A stretch of DNA of 64,000 nucleotides from Paragordius varius. Taxonomy: Eukaryota > Animalia > Nematomorpha. Of this stretch, positions 40,501 to 52,028 are shown one piece after another. The notes beneath the pieces are model-generated. The model saw nothing but the letters and a program-made list of their open reading frames with translations, had not been told where the DNA came from and ran no database searches. The stretch is from contig OZ176055.1 in the NCBI GenBank assembly GCA_964247055.1, positions 4,774,001 through 4,838,000 of the forward strand. Reading direction: 5' to 3'. Position 1 is the stretch's first letter, and every line of letters starts with the position of its first letter. The position numbers and the translations under genes were made by a program.

Positions 40501-43500
40501 CTAAATTTCATTTATAAATATATAAAAAATATAGGTAATTTTTATACAAAACATATATTTTATATTTGGGTCAATTTGAAGTGTAAATGGTAATTAGCAT
40601 ATTGATATTTTATATTAAAACTTCTTTTAATGCTGATATCTACATCTCATTTTAATTTAAAAATGACTTTTATATTAATCCTAAAATTCAAAAAAATTTT
40701 ATTAATATTTACAATTAAAATATTTTTAAAAGATTCTTTGTCGCGGCTTCATCTTTAGAAAAAATCACAGCATATTTTTACAAATTTTCGCAGTACAAAT
40801 CTTTTGTAGCCCTTTGAAAAAAATAATTTCAATAACTAATTTAAGTGCAGGATTTGCGATTTTGGGCTAATATGGGATCATTGGCCTCACAACAAAAAAC
40901 AATGAGACCTTTTTAAATAGCCCATTTTTTGGAAGAACCTTTTAATTAACATTCATTAGTAAATATAGTGCATTGCAATTTTATATGTCGCTTCATATTT
41001 TGGTGATCGCAGAATATATTTATATGCTAAAGAGAATTTAATATTTTCCAATGATATGTTGGGATAATTAATAAACCAAACATGCTGTTGGGTTAATGAT
41101 AAATGATTTTCAATAAAATTTTTGAACATAATATAGGGACATTAAGCTTGCTTGACGAATCTCACTTGCTTCGACTCGGGCACGGAGAGACTCAGCTTGA
41201 AACAGAAAAAGATTTCAGTAAATACGGTCGTGTCAATTTCGTTCTCCGGGATCGCCTGACTCTCTTGAACGAAGCAAATTTATTGCGTGATAGCTTATTT
41301 GGTTTAAATTCTTTTTCTGAAAGTCTAAACGGTTCATCAGCTTTTATTGGGCAAAATCTAGAGAAAAATATATCATCAAATGTTATAACATCGGATCCAA
41401 AAGTACAAGGTAGAATTTTTATATTTTTACAAAAATATATACAAGGATGTTTTATTAAGCCTTATATACATATATAAAAATGGAGTTAGGCTTGTTTTTT
41501 TTAGGTGGCTAGTTAACTTTCCCGGATCTTTTTTGAAAATAATAACAAAGATATGAAATACGTAATGGTGGCGTTAATTATTACTACATGCGCCAATGTC
41601 ACAAAATATAAATTTTTTCCTCTCTTTGGTTAATTTCCAAAAAATGAACAAACTTGATATATATAAAAATTTTTGAGATGCTTTGGGACAAATAACCCAA
41701 AGTATGATATAGTTATAAATATTTAACATTTTGCGTATGACTGATAATCAGATACAAATATTTAATTTTTATTTTTAAACTATGAAAAATTGTTTTTATA
41801 AAAAATTAAGTTGAAAATGGATGGCATTTACTAATTTTAATGAATTTTTTTGGGATTAAACATATGCATAATCCTTTGTATATTCAAAATTAACATTTTC
41901 ACATCATATATTATTGAAATCAATTTATAAATATTTTTGTATGAAAAGGAGAAACCACCCATTCAAATGATGATTTCATCGATGCTGACCTAAATGAAGG
42001 CGGACAAACTCATATTACAACGTAAAATAACTTAATATAAAAATAGTTCTCATCATATATTTCTTTCTTAATTATTTATAATTTTGGATGATTTAATTTA
42101 ATTATATAATTTGATAAAAATGTCCTTAATATATTGCTTGGTAAAACATGTTGGATAAAAGCGATGACATTTTATTAGTAACTTAATTATTACTTCTTTT
42201 ATCATTTTCCCTCTGGTATATAAATTAATATGGATGAAAATATTTATTGTTAAATTATGGATATTTTTAATACAATTTATTAATTTTAACCGTGAGGAAT
42301 TTTTAAATAAATTAGTGTTTCAAAATAATATGCAAAAGATTTTTTAAGATGTTATTGCTAATTGTTTCCCTAATAATCTTAATTTTTTAGTATTAGGTTT
42401 TCTCTTGTCAATAATGACACGGAAAATGTGCATATTTTATGTATATTTTATTATTTAAATTTAACTGGGTCTATTTAAAAACATAATTTAATTTTTTAGC
42501 GCTATTAAGCAGAATGACGAAGGGCATTATTTAGCCAGTGACACAAATTATTATAAAGCCCCGGGTATCAAATTTACATGTGAAACAGCCCTCTATTTTT
42601 ATCAATACGAAGTTTTACCTAGATGGAAAAGATACACAACATTGCTAGAAAAATATAAAGTAATATTGAAATGTTATCTTGAGTAGTTTTTAACGGAATT
42701 TCTTTGAATGTTTATTTGTATTGACTTTATAAATTTACAAATTATTCTATATTGCAGGCGGAAAATATGTTGAAACTTAAAATAGAACTTAAGATTGATT
42801 CTGATGCTACAAATATGCAAGCAAAACATTTCCATTTTTTGATGAATGAGAAAATTGTTAGGGAATTTCCCTTTACTGCGTACATAAGTCATATGTTGAA
42901 ATCGATGAACCAAAATCCTGACGTTTACAATATGGTTCGAGAAAACTATCCTTGGGTTAAAAGTGAAAATCTTGATATGTGGGATCAAACAGATGGGATA
43001 GAATATTATCTTAATCAAAACATTGCACAAAATTATTATGAGGCTATCAAAAAAATATTTGATAAAATACAGGTTTGAAAATATTTTATTTAGCATAATT
43101 TATTTTTTGAAAACCCTTTAAAGAATTAATAGATTTTGGATTTTTTATTTTATAAGGTTTAGAAATTTATAAATATATTTAATTAAAAATGTTAAAACCC
43201 AAATTGAAAAGTGTTAAATATGTAATAAATATTATTATTAAAATAGCTAGAGCAAATGACTTAATTTGGTAAAATTAATTTTGACTATAAATTTAATGCA
43301 TTAATATGAAGAAATATATATATATATATATATATATTGAAAAATTAATCAATACTACTTACTTAGTATTTACTAATTAACGATTTTTGTTATAGTAGGG
43401 GTTTATTTCTTTTATTGGACTAATAACACGATCACAAAAAAAAATCATGGCTAAATTCCTGTATGGTTTAATTGATATTATTAGAGTATTATTACAATGC

Positions 43501-44219
43501 CCCTAGAAAACATATTTTGGGCATTTGCTTTATCCATTCAAAATTTTTGACCACGTTTTGGAAATTTTCCAGAATAGATTAATCTTTTTTTTGAAAGCTA
43601 CATATGTTTTTGCCGCATTAGCTAGCTTCATGAATCTGATTTCCTTACTGTCTGATACGATTATCAAAGTGCAATACAGATAGAAACATAACCTTTAAAT
43701 ACCTATTTTTTAATGCATACACCAATAAAATAGGAGTACCATGCTTTTGAAATCCTGCGAAGCGGGGTTGAAAGAGCCAATTATTTGTTGATCCATACAG
43801 CCCGTATAATAGCTATGACGTGCACACATGCTGCTTTGAGACGGGAAGATTTGCTGAAAGCTGGATTCAAATACGATACTCTGATTGTCGAAGAAGCAGC
43901 CCAAATTTTGGAAATCGAAACTTTTCTCCCCTTACTTTTGCAAGTATGACATTGTGTCACATCACATAATATGGATATTACATTAAATACCAATCTCCTT
44001 AGTTCAAATACGAAAAATGTTTAATGAATATACTTTTAAGCCATATTTTTTAAAATTTTACATTTTCAAAAATATTCATTAATAAGTTTACTATGGTTAA
44101 AATAAAAATTAAAAAAGAAATATAATTAATTTATTCTTGTTGCTATTATAAAATTTTGACATCGTTTATTTCTTATTTTGGTTTGGTTTGCTTTGAGTAT
44201 TATTTGTGACATATACATT

Positions 44220-44254
<35 letters not shown>

Positions 44255-47200
44255 GCTACAATCTCAATTTTTACAATCACGCACTCAATAATTAGCTTAT
44301 GCTGCATGCTCATTTCCGATCTAATATTATACGATGCAACCGTTTAAATGCGTTTACTATAACAAAACTAACCACTTGAACAAAAAATATTTTTTAAAGT
44401 GTTATGGTTGGGATCTTTCCCCATATTTATGAGTGGACTCTGATATTCCAATGATAATAATGATTTAGTCTATTATTTAATGTTATTTCTTTAATATTTC
44501 TTATTTTCAAGTCTTTATTGTTAGGCTTTTTGTTTCGCCAGGTTATCTATGATACCTAGTAAATATTACAGCATTTATATTATCTATTTAATTATTAGAA
44601 CACCAATGATAACGTAAATCGTCTTAAACGTTGCATTATGATTGGCGATCATAATCAATTGCCTCCAGTAATTAAAAATTTAGCCTTCAAGAATTACGCA
44701 AATATGGATCAATCTCTATTTACTCGATTGATTAGATTAGAGGTCCCATCTTATACTTTAGATGCGCAAGGACGTGCCAAACCTTCGTGAGTTTTTTTAT
44801 GCTTTACTTTATTCATATTTTGTAACGTATTTAATATTAAATAACGTCTTTGACACATTGGGCCATGCTTATAGTGCATCCGTTTTTAATTCAATTTTGA
44901 ATAAAAACGAGGGGTCCAAAGTCCGACTTCCACCTCCCCGTTATGCACCCTGGTTATTACTAACGGAAGCGGCATAGAGAAGAAATCATCTGTGTGATGT
45001 GTGGTGGAAAAAGAAAATCTTTTTTTCCTATAAAATACCACAATACCTGCATTCACACAGATGATAAAGCGGGTTGGCGCTATATCCAGTTGCTAGAAAA
45101 AACCAATTAGTAATATATGTAAGCCGAGATTGACTCCGTAAGCCCAGAAAGGCGATTCCATAGGTTAGGGACCCCGAAATAGTCTCTTAATTTACAAAAG
45201 CATGCAAATATTAAAAAAATCCCCTTAACTTAACCATATATGAAACTGAAATGAAACACTTACTAATAATGATAAAAAATTTTAAAATGATGATTTTGAG
45301 TTTAAAAATAATTATATTGATGATGGTTATAATAAATATGATAATTTCAATTTTTATAATAATATTAATTTACATGATAACAATATTAATGCTCTAAAAA
45401 ATCACAAACAAAAAACACCCAACAATATGATAAAACCACTGAAGATTGGCACTTGGAATATCTCGACACTAATCACTAGATCAAACAAAGAGAAAAACAT
45501 TGACATCTGTTGACAAGATATAAATCTGAAGGAAAGTAATTATTGACAACTATACAATATTCTACAAAGGTCAAATAAAACGCTAACATGGAGTGGTTAT
45601 AGCTATTGAAAATGAATATTGTGATAATCTAATAGAAATAAACAGACACAACGAAAGAAATCCAAATACGTAACGGCTTTAAAAAACTTTCCATCTATTC
45701 AGTCTGGATTAACGAAGCAACCAAACAATACTTTTGGAACCAACTATACAACATTTCTCATGCAATAACTCCAAATGACAAAATTTTCATGGGTGGAAAA
45801 TTCCCACGTTGGCACTAATGGTCAAGACTATATGAGAATACATGGAGGAAACGCTTTTGACAGCCGTAACAAAGTTTATAATTATTAGAATACAGCACAT
45901 CTTTTTGGCTTACTATCTGCAATACCCTCTTCACGAAACCAGCAAAAAAATTAATAACTTATACAAGTCATAATCAAAACTATGGTAGACTACATTTTAA
46001 TACCTATACAAGATAGAAAACATATCTAACTGATACACAACATAATATGATTGTAGAAAAAATAACAATAAACATTTCCTATTACCACAGTAACCAGAAA
46101 CCCAAAATAATTTTGAAAAGCTACACCTTCCTGATGTTAAACTAACTCTAACAAACTGTTAATGTAGCGCTTAGCTTCAACCACAAAACATCTGAACAAC
46201 CTTGGGAGAATCTTAAAAACATCATCATCCCAAATGTACAAAATTTTTGGGGCATAAAGAAAACATACAGGTAAAAGCAACAATTAAATTTGTGGTGATC
46301 AGAATCTCTAAAACCTTTAATCAAAATTATACGTCATGAATACAAAATACGGAAACAAACAAAAGATAAAAGAGACTTGGAATCATTTATTGAATTAAAT
46401 TACAACAAGCCATCAATAAAAAAACTAGAACAAGATATGAAAAATCTTATGGTACAATAAAATCAGTTAACAATAATAAAGACATTAAACAAATTATCTA
46501 TATTAAAGACAAACATCTAGCAACTGATTGGATAGACATAAGCAATGTCTAGACCACATATTACCAAGAACAATTCGGACAAATAAAGATTTTTGGACAA
46601 TAAACCAACCACCAGCAATTGGTCCTTGATCAATTGATAACAACAGACGATGTAAGAGATGCCATAGCCAAGATGAAAAATATCAAAGCAGCAGCCCATC
46701 TGAACTCAGCTCCGACATGATTTAAGCTTTCCCCAATGCATTCCACATTTAATTAATATATCTGATCTAATCTTGTCAGCGAATCGCATCCCTAAAGATT
46801 GGTCAAAAGTATCATAATACCTGTTAAAAAGGGAGACATGCTCAATCGTTCTTCCTACAGACCGCTCAAGTTATTGGAGCACCTGTTTAAATTTTTTGAG
46901 ACCATTAAATCAAAACTGAGATCAATCAGTAGCATACAGAAATCCCAATATGCTTATAAACCAAACAGTAGCACAATTGATGATATCTTCATTTTGAGAA
47001 GATTACGAGAAAATTATTTATTCAAAAATAAAAAACTTTAATAGGTTTTTATAGACTTACAAAGGGCTTTTGATTGTATCCCCAGGAAATTAATTATATC
47101 CACATACGATACAGCAATGTAGATGATTGGATAATCAAATCTATAGAAATGATGTACTACAAAACAACAAATTGCGTCAGATAAACGCTAGGCAACACAG

Positions 47201-50200
47201 CTTTTGTTCCAAACGAATCTGGTCTTCATCAAGACTCTCTCCTAAGCCCTTTACTTTTCATTTTAATAATGGATTACCTAACAAAAGATTAAAACAAGAC
47301 CCACCATGGGAACTTATCTATGCTGACGACATCGTCCTTACCGCAACATCAATGGAGGAATTAAATCAAAACTACAATATAAAATCACACCTAGAAAAGG
47401 GTGGAATGAAGAAAAACATAAGCAAAACAAACGTGCTGATAACGGGTAAAACTGTATATGAACAACCGTTTCCATGTGTAGTATGTAATTTAGATTTAAT
47501 CCTATGTACATCTTGCAACAAGTGGGTACACAAGAAATGTTCGGTTATAAAAGGGGCATTAATCAACAATTATAAATTGTATGTGAATCATGCAAAAATA
47601 AAACATCACTCACTACATCATTACTTTTATGTCAGACGCCCAAATGAGTGGTTAACAATTTTAAATACTTGGGCGATGTCATACATTGCCTAGGTAAAAT
47701 AAACCAGACAGTTTAGTATAGATCCCAACATGCTTAGTTAAAATACCATCAACTTAAAATATTGCTAAAAATAAACAATATCTACAAAAAACAAAGGCCT
47801 GATATACAAAGATGGCATACGTTCCACACTCCTTTAAAAGCGAGACATGGCTAATGACAGAATTAATAGAGGAAAAACTAATGAACATAGAAAAGCGGAT
47901 GCTAAATTTATTTGACCCCAATTTTTAAATAACAGTTAGTTTTAAAAGTTCTGCCTAAATTATATATGTAAAGCGTTTTTATTGAAATTTATAATTATAA
48001 TCTGGGATGTTTTTAAGTTCCCAAAAAGCTAATTAGGAAATAAATGTGGCTTTGAATCGTCCACACAAAGTTAAAATGATCATTGAATAAAAACGATTTT
48101 TTTTCTGTTTGCTAAGGCTAACCAATGATATTTTTCAATTTTATTCTATTGATATGAATACTTATTAATTATAAATACTAATTTCATATAGCCTATGCGC
48201 CTTATATGCGTGGAAATACCCACAACTTGGTAATTTGCCCCATACATTAAAGGATGCTGAATTTTTGACAGCCAATCCGGGTTTCATGTATGATTGTCAA
48301 TTAATCGATGTTCAAGACTTTAATAATGTGGGGGAGAGTGAACCATCATTACATTTTTTCCAGGTTTTGTTATCTATTTGATATATTATACTGTATATAA
48401 ATATTTTAACATTTATGTTTTCTTTAGAATTTAGCAGAAGCGGAATACGCTGTTGCATTGTTTACTTATATGCGCCTTTTGGGATATCCAGAAAATAAAA
48501 TTAGCATATTAACCACTTACAACGGGCAAAAACACCTAATAAGAGATATAATACAAAGACGATGTGGTGAGAATTCCATCATTGGAAAACCATTCAAAGT
48601 AAATTATATTATATATATCATATGTATGATGTTATAGGCTCCGTTAATAATTTTTGAACCAATTTAAATGTCCTAAAAAATTATTTCGGTCCATATTAAA
48701 CTATATTTTTAGTTATTGAAATAATAATTAATATTCATATTTTTTTAAAAAAACGAAAAATAAAAATGGCTGTTTTGAATGATATTAAAGCTATAACAAA
48801 GTGTTTTCAAGAAAACTCTCTTATGTTATCTTTTTAAGACATTCATTGCCATATACATCAAGTTTAAGCTATTTTCATCTATGAGTTTTAAATGTATTAA
48901 TTAAAAAAACCTGGCTTCGCGGGTTTGTCGCTTCCTATGTCCAATATTAACTATCGATGTAAAACATATTAGTATGTATTTTATAGAGTTTTTATTACTC
49001 TTTCGAATGATATATTGCAAATGGGCATTTAAAACATTTTTTAGTAAATTTTGATAAAGAAGGCGCATAATCATAAAAAATCAAAATAAAAATTCTAAAA
49101 TGGGATTATGATTTTTATTTCAGCTATACTGTTAAAATGATAGTAAATATTAGAAAATTTAAAAAAAACTCTAGTGGCAGAAAAATTTCTTGTCTAGTGT
49201 TATTAAGCGTTAATTTTTACTACATACACAAAATTATAATAATGCTAAAATAAAGTATACCATCTTTATTTCTTATTGCAAGCCAAAACAATTAATTATA
49301 TTTAGAAAATCACGGTTTAAAAAGTATGGTTGTCTTTTTAAAAATAATTGTCTCTAGTTTTTATGTTTTATCTGCTTAATTTCAATTTTTAATATAAGAA
49401 AGCTTGAGCGTACGCGTTGAGATATCAAGAGATTTATTAGGGTCTAATTATGGTTCAATCCGCCAAAATATATTTTTGGTATGGCGCTTTTATTACCTAT
49501 ATTAAAAGTAATAATCAAAATATAAATGAAACTTTTTTAATATATATTTTGTTAGATCTTAAATTGTTTATTGATTCTTAAAGCACATCTATTTTGTTTC
49601 TATATTTACATTGCTTTGCATATATATTTTATTATAAGGTGACTACAGTGGATAAATATCAAGGTCAGCAAAATGATTACATTATTTTGAGTTTGGTTCG
49701 TACAAAAAATGTTGGACATTTGAGAGATGTTAGACGGTTGATAGTTGCTATGTCACGAGCTCGGCTTGGTCTTTATATACTGGCGCGTGTCTCCTTATTT
49801 ACAAGATGCTTGGAACTTGGTCCCGTCTTTAATCAAGTATATTTTTAACATTTTACAAAGCATAAAGAATATGCATAAATCACAAATTAAAACATGTTGG
49901 AAATTTATTATTTTTTCCAATCTTTGTCCACTTACCTCCCTGAGATTTAAAACGATTTGTCGGCCTAAAACAGCCAACACCGTTTAAGACACGAAAAAAT
50001 ACCGTTTTTGTATAAAATAATTTGCACATCCTTAAAAATACATTAACTCTAAATTAAATAATTAATTACAACATTGTTGCAAATAATAATGATATTAGAC
50101 TTTAAATTAACCTTTTAGACTTTATGATTATAACAAAATATTTTTAATGTATTTATTTTAAAATAATATTTATATAAATATTATTATGATAATTGATTTT

Positions 50201-50820
50201 GCACTGTATCTTTACATCAATACACATTTGGCTAGAACCACTCTATGCCATCAGATAATAATTATTTATATATTATCTTTACAGTAATGTTTATATTTTT
50301 TGCGTCAAGCTGAAAATGAATCCATTACAATTACACATTTTCCCTAACGAGGCATATCCACCGAAAAGAAAATTAGATGAACCTATATGTATGACACCTT
50401 TGATTGTACAAAATATGTCTGAGATGTGCAATTTTGTATATCAACTTTACATGGAAACGCGGAAAAATTTCGATCCAGTATATTTTTTTTAATTTTGCTT
50501 AGGTTAAAAATATGGATAATTCGAATGTCTCCTCAGTTGTTGAAACCCAAGAAGTTCTGGAAAATATTTCTCAACGCGTTACTTCCAACCCTAATGATGC
50601 AAACGTTGTATATGAAGAAGAACAAATAGACATATCAGATAGTACTAATCAACATGGGGTAAATGATGTAACATTGTATAATCACGAAACGGTTAAAATC
50701 ACAGACGAAGGAGCTACTCATGATGATTCTCAAAACGAACAAAATTTTTATCCATCCTCAATCAAAGCAAAATTAAACCATGAGTTAAGCGATAGCAGTA
50801 GTGGTGATGAAGAATATTAA
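22529..50820 (+). CDS. AQR: RNA helicase Aquarius (intron-binding protein IBP160), 28 exons, about 1721 aa
   Basis: Exons 22529-22599, 22622-22709, 22737-22811, 22835-22960, 22982-23050, 24174-24336, 25034-25338, 25405-25518, 25582-25833, 26734-26854, 26960-27101, 27928-28271, 29691-29906, 33812-34063, 34167-34410, 37782-37943, 38540-38715, 41137-41409, 41949-42021, 42500-42659, 42758-43072, 43734-43943, 44599-44786, 48192-48363, 48428-48598, 49639-49836, 50310-50477, 50503-50820 (5166 nt, all GT-AG, phases consistent). Motifs: [98 protein letters not shown]. The extreme N-terminus is uncertain. Confidence 0.96.
22600..22621 (+). other. 22-nt intron (AQR intron 1)
   Basis: GTAAAATAAAATGTTTATTTAG. 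Read-through gives TAA immediately. Removing it joins ...[22 protein letters not shown]. Confidence 0.8.
22710..22736 (+). other. 27-nt intron (AQR intron 2)
   Basis: GTATATATATATATATATTATATATAG. It contains an in-frame TAG. Removing it joins NYSHIT-TSKEYI, matching recalled human NYSPEVSSKAYL. Confidence 0.85.
22812..22834 (+). other. 23-nt intron (AQR intron 3)
   Basis: GTTTTTTTAAAAATAAAACCTAG. Removing it shifts into the frame ...[11 protein letters not shown]...FLNYAFNSL. Confidence 0.8.
22961..22981 (+). other. 21-nt intron (AQR intron 4)
   Basis: GTATATCTTAAATAATTTTAG. It contains an in-frame TAA. Removing it joins AFNSL-EIQYVR, matching recalled human CFNSL-EVDLIR. Confidence 0.88.
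24408..24905 (+). repeat. Third copy of the 19345-19960 repeat family, in AQR intron 6
   Basis: Shares GATACCCCAGGCCTGTT...CATGGCAAAATTTTGCACTTAT...GATAGAAGCATAAATTTAAATTGGGACCG with the copies at about 19.4 kb and 21.2 kb. Confidence 0.8.
26253..26675. mobile_element. hAT MITE (GAACCGGAACC family) in AQR intron 9
   Basis: TIR CAGGGATTAGAACCGGAACCG / CGGTTCCGGTTCCAATCCATG and a perfect 8-bp TSD ctatattt. Confidence 0.88.
27320..27866. mobile_element. Degenerate MITE of the CAAGTTGGTCCT-repeat family in AQR intron 11
   Basis: Left-side TTCAAGTTGGTCCTT repeats and a right end TTGAAGTGCAAATGG, as in 57542-58113. Boundaries are approximate. Confidence 0.55.
28620..29541. mobile_element. Left-truncated copy of the CACTA-ended MITE family in AQR intron 12
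   Basis: Colinear with 55782-56621 (TTTGGCCCCGATTTAACA...AAAAAGCTTTTGGTTTGC...GAGGGCTCATAATCA...TGTCTAGTG). Confidence 0.75.
29975..30246. mobile_element. Degenerate hAT MITE related to the outer element at 57496-58311
   Basis: CCAATACAAATGGCTTTGCAAGCCG...GCATTCTCAAAATTTATGGGCAT matches the reverse complement of 58226-58311. The right end is GGGCCGCGTGTCGGACCCC. Confidence 0.55.
30368..33529 (-). mobile_element. RTE-clade LINE family B, near full length, frameshifted; antisense within AQR intron 13
   Basis: APE endonuclease motifs (LKIGTWN; AGDFNAHIG; [12 protein letters not shown]), RT remnants ([21 protein letters not shown]), PHD remnant and C-terminal LRYFGH. Highly similar to the inverted copy at 53017-55444. 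The 3' end is approximate. Confidence 0.9.
33454..33529 (-). ncRNA. HDV-like self-cleaving ribozyme at the 5' end of RTE family B (predicted)
   Basis: Minus-strand RNA: GGGACAUC(P1) GAAA CGCCAUCCCC(P2) ACC(P3) UGUACGC(L3) GGU(P3') GAUACCC(P1') GC(P1.1) A AUCCC-UCCUU-GGGAU(P4) A-C-UAA-C GGGGAUGGCG(P2'). The nested double-pseudoknot order matches HDV-like ribozymes. P1 has a 1x2 internal loop. Confidence 0.72.
34900..37480 (+). mobile_element. Heavily decayed RTE LINE family C in AQR intron 15
   Basis: Remnants TGVGFFI, NERII, YAPQNG (APE), [14 protein letters not shown]...WIHKK (PHD) and LRWAGHI (C-terminus). Many stops and frameshifts. Boundaries are approximate. Confidence 0.8.
39351..40128. 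mobile_element. hAT MITE (GAACCGGAACC family) in AQR intron 17
   Basis: Starts TAGGGTTTGGAACCGGAACCG, ends ...CCGCCCTG, and has dense GGAACC/GGTTCC subterminal repeats. Perfect 8-bp TSD tttcagga (39343-39350, 40129-40136). Confidence 0.8.
44911..44972 (+). ncRNA. HDV-like ribozyme (degenerate) at the 5' end of RTE family A (predicted)
   Basis: GGGGUCC(P1) AAAGU CCGACUUCC(P2) ACC(P3) UCCCCGU(L3) UAU(P3') GCACCCU(P1') GG(P1.1) UUAUUA C-UAA-C GGAAGCGG(P2'). G1.U wobble, canonical L3 and CC/GG P1.1 are present. P3 has two mismatches and P1 has one. Confidence 0.62.
44911..47920 (+). mobile_element. RTE LINE family A, 5' end present, 3'-truncated, frameshifted; sense within AQR intron 23
   Basis: [13 protein letters not shown] (about 45430), [33 protein letters not shown] and PCVVC...[12 protein letters not shown]. 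Colinear with the inverted copy at 60860-64000. Confidence 0.9.
48740..49199. mobile_element. Right-half copy of the CACTA-ended MITE family in AQR intron 25
   Basis: AAAATGGCTGTTTTGAAT...ACTATCGATGTAAAA...CATAATCATAAAAAATC...TTGTCTAGTG, colinear with 29140-29541 and 56180-56621. Confidence 0.75.
50478..50502 (+). other. 25-nt intron (AQR intron 27)
   Basis: GTATATTTTTTTTAATTTTGCTTAG. Read-through hits TAA. Removing it joins ...RKNFDP to the open acidic last exon VKNMDNSN...DEEY*. Confidence 0.7.
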
Positions 50821-52028
50821 TTACATCTTTATTATATTATATTGAATGTTGTAAATATTATCATAATAAATTTTTTTTATCATTTGATTAGCCTATTCAC
50901 ATGTAATTTATATTCGAATTTGCAATAAAACGATTGAGTTATTGACGCAATTTATTTTTATAGGGGTGTGAGAGGTGTCTACTGCTACTGAGAACCACAC
51001 GTAGGGCATTCCTACATTATGTTTGGGATAGGCGGCGACTTTGTTTCTAGGGAATTGTTTTTTATTCAAATTCTACAACAAAGTATATATATTTTATTAT
51101 ATTGTAGATACCGAACATTAATCACATGTTGATATACTTAATAAATCAATGTTTAAAAATGAACATTTATCTGCAAAATATTAATTTTTCAATATTACTT
51201 TTATAATATAGTTTATATTATAATTTGATGATAGTTTTTTGAAGGATTAAGCTTTCACCAAATTTTTATTATCATGTACGCAAGTTTTGCGATTTTCCGA
51301 TATGGAGCAATTACCGCTGTAATATAAGGCTCAAAAGCACTATTTGAATCCTGACGCATTTTCGACCAGATATTTTTTATAATTCCCGATTAGGCGCGTG
51401 AAATAAGTTATTAATCTACTTAGTCCAAAATTAGAGGTGTCCCCCACAAATGGCTTTACGGGCAACATTTTTAATTCAAAAATACCGACGTGCCGCATTT
51501 GAAAAATATATGAAGTTTAATAAATATTTTATTAAATTACAAACATGAGACTGTATCGTGTAAACACAATAAAACATTTCCTAGTTATTGGTAAATTCGT
51601 TTAATGAATATCTATTTTGCTATATTGGAGCTATTTTTGAAAATTTGGATTTTCAAGTTTTTCGCAATAGACACTGCTGGTCTATATATGTATTTGCAAG
51701 TTGATTTAATGATTTTTGATAAAAACCTTTGTTATATATTAATAAAAATAAAATACATATTTATCTTTTTAAAAAAGTCGATATACTATCCAAAAATTTT
51801 AAGGGAAGTTTTGTAATATTTTAACGAATTTCGCAGTTTGCTTGTAGTTTCTGATTCAAATTAAAAGTTTTCTGATTTATTATGGATTTAGTTAAACCAA
51901 GCCTTTTAAAATTTATAGCAACTGCAGGATGAACGCACATAATTTATATATATCATAAATTTATTTATTTTAAAGAAGTAAAGTAAAATGTAACCTAGGC
52001 TATCGTGTTTTTTTGTAAAAATAATATA

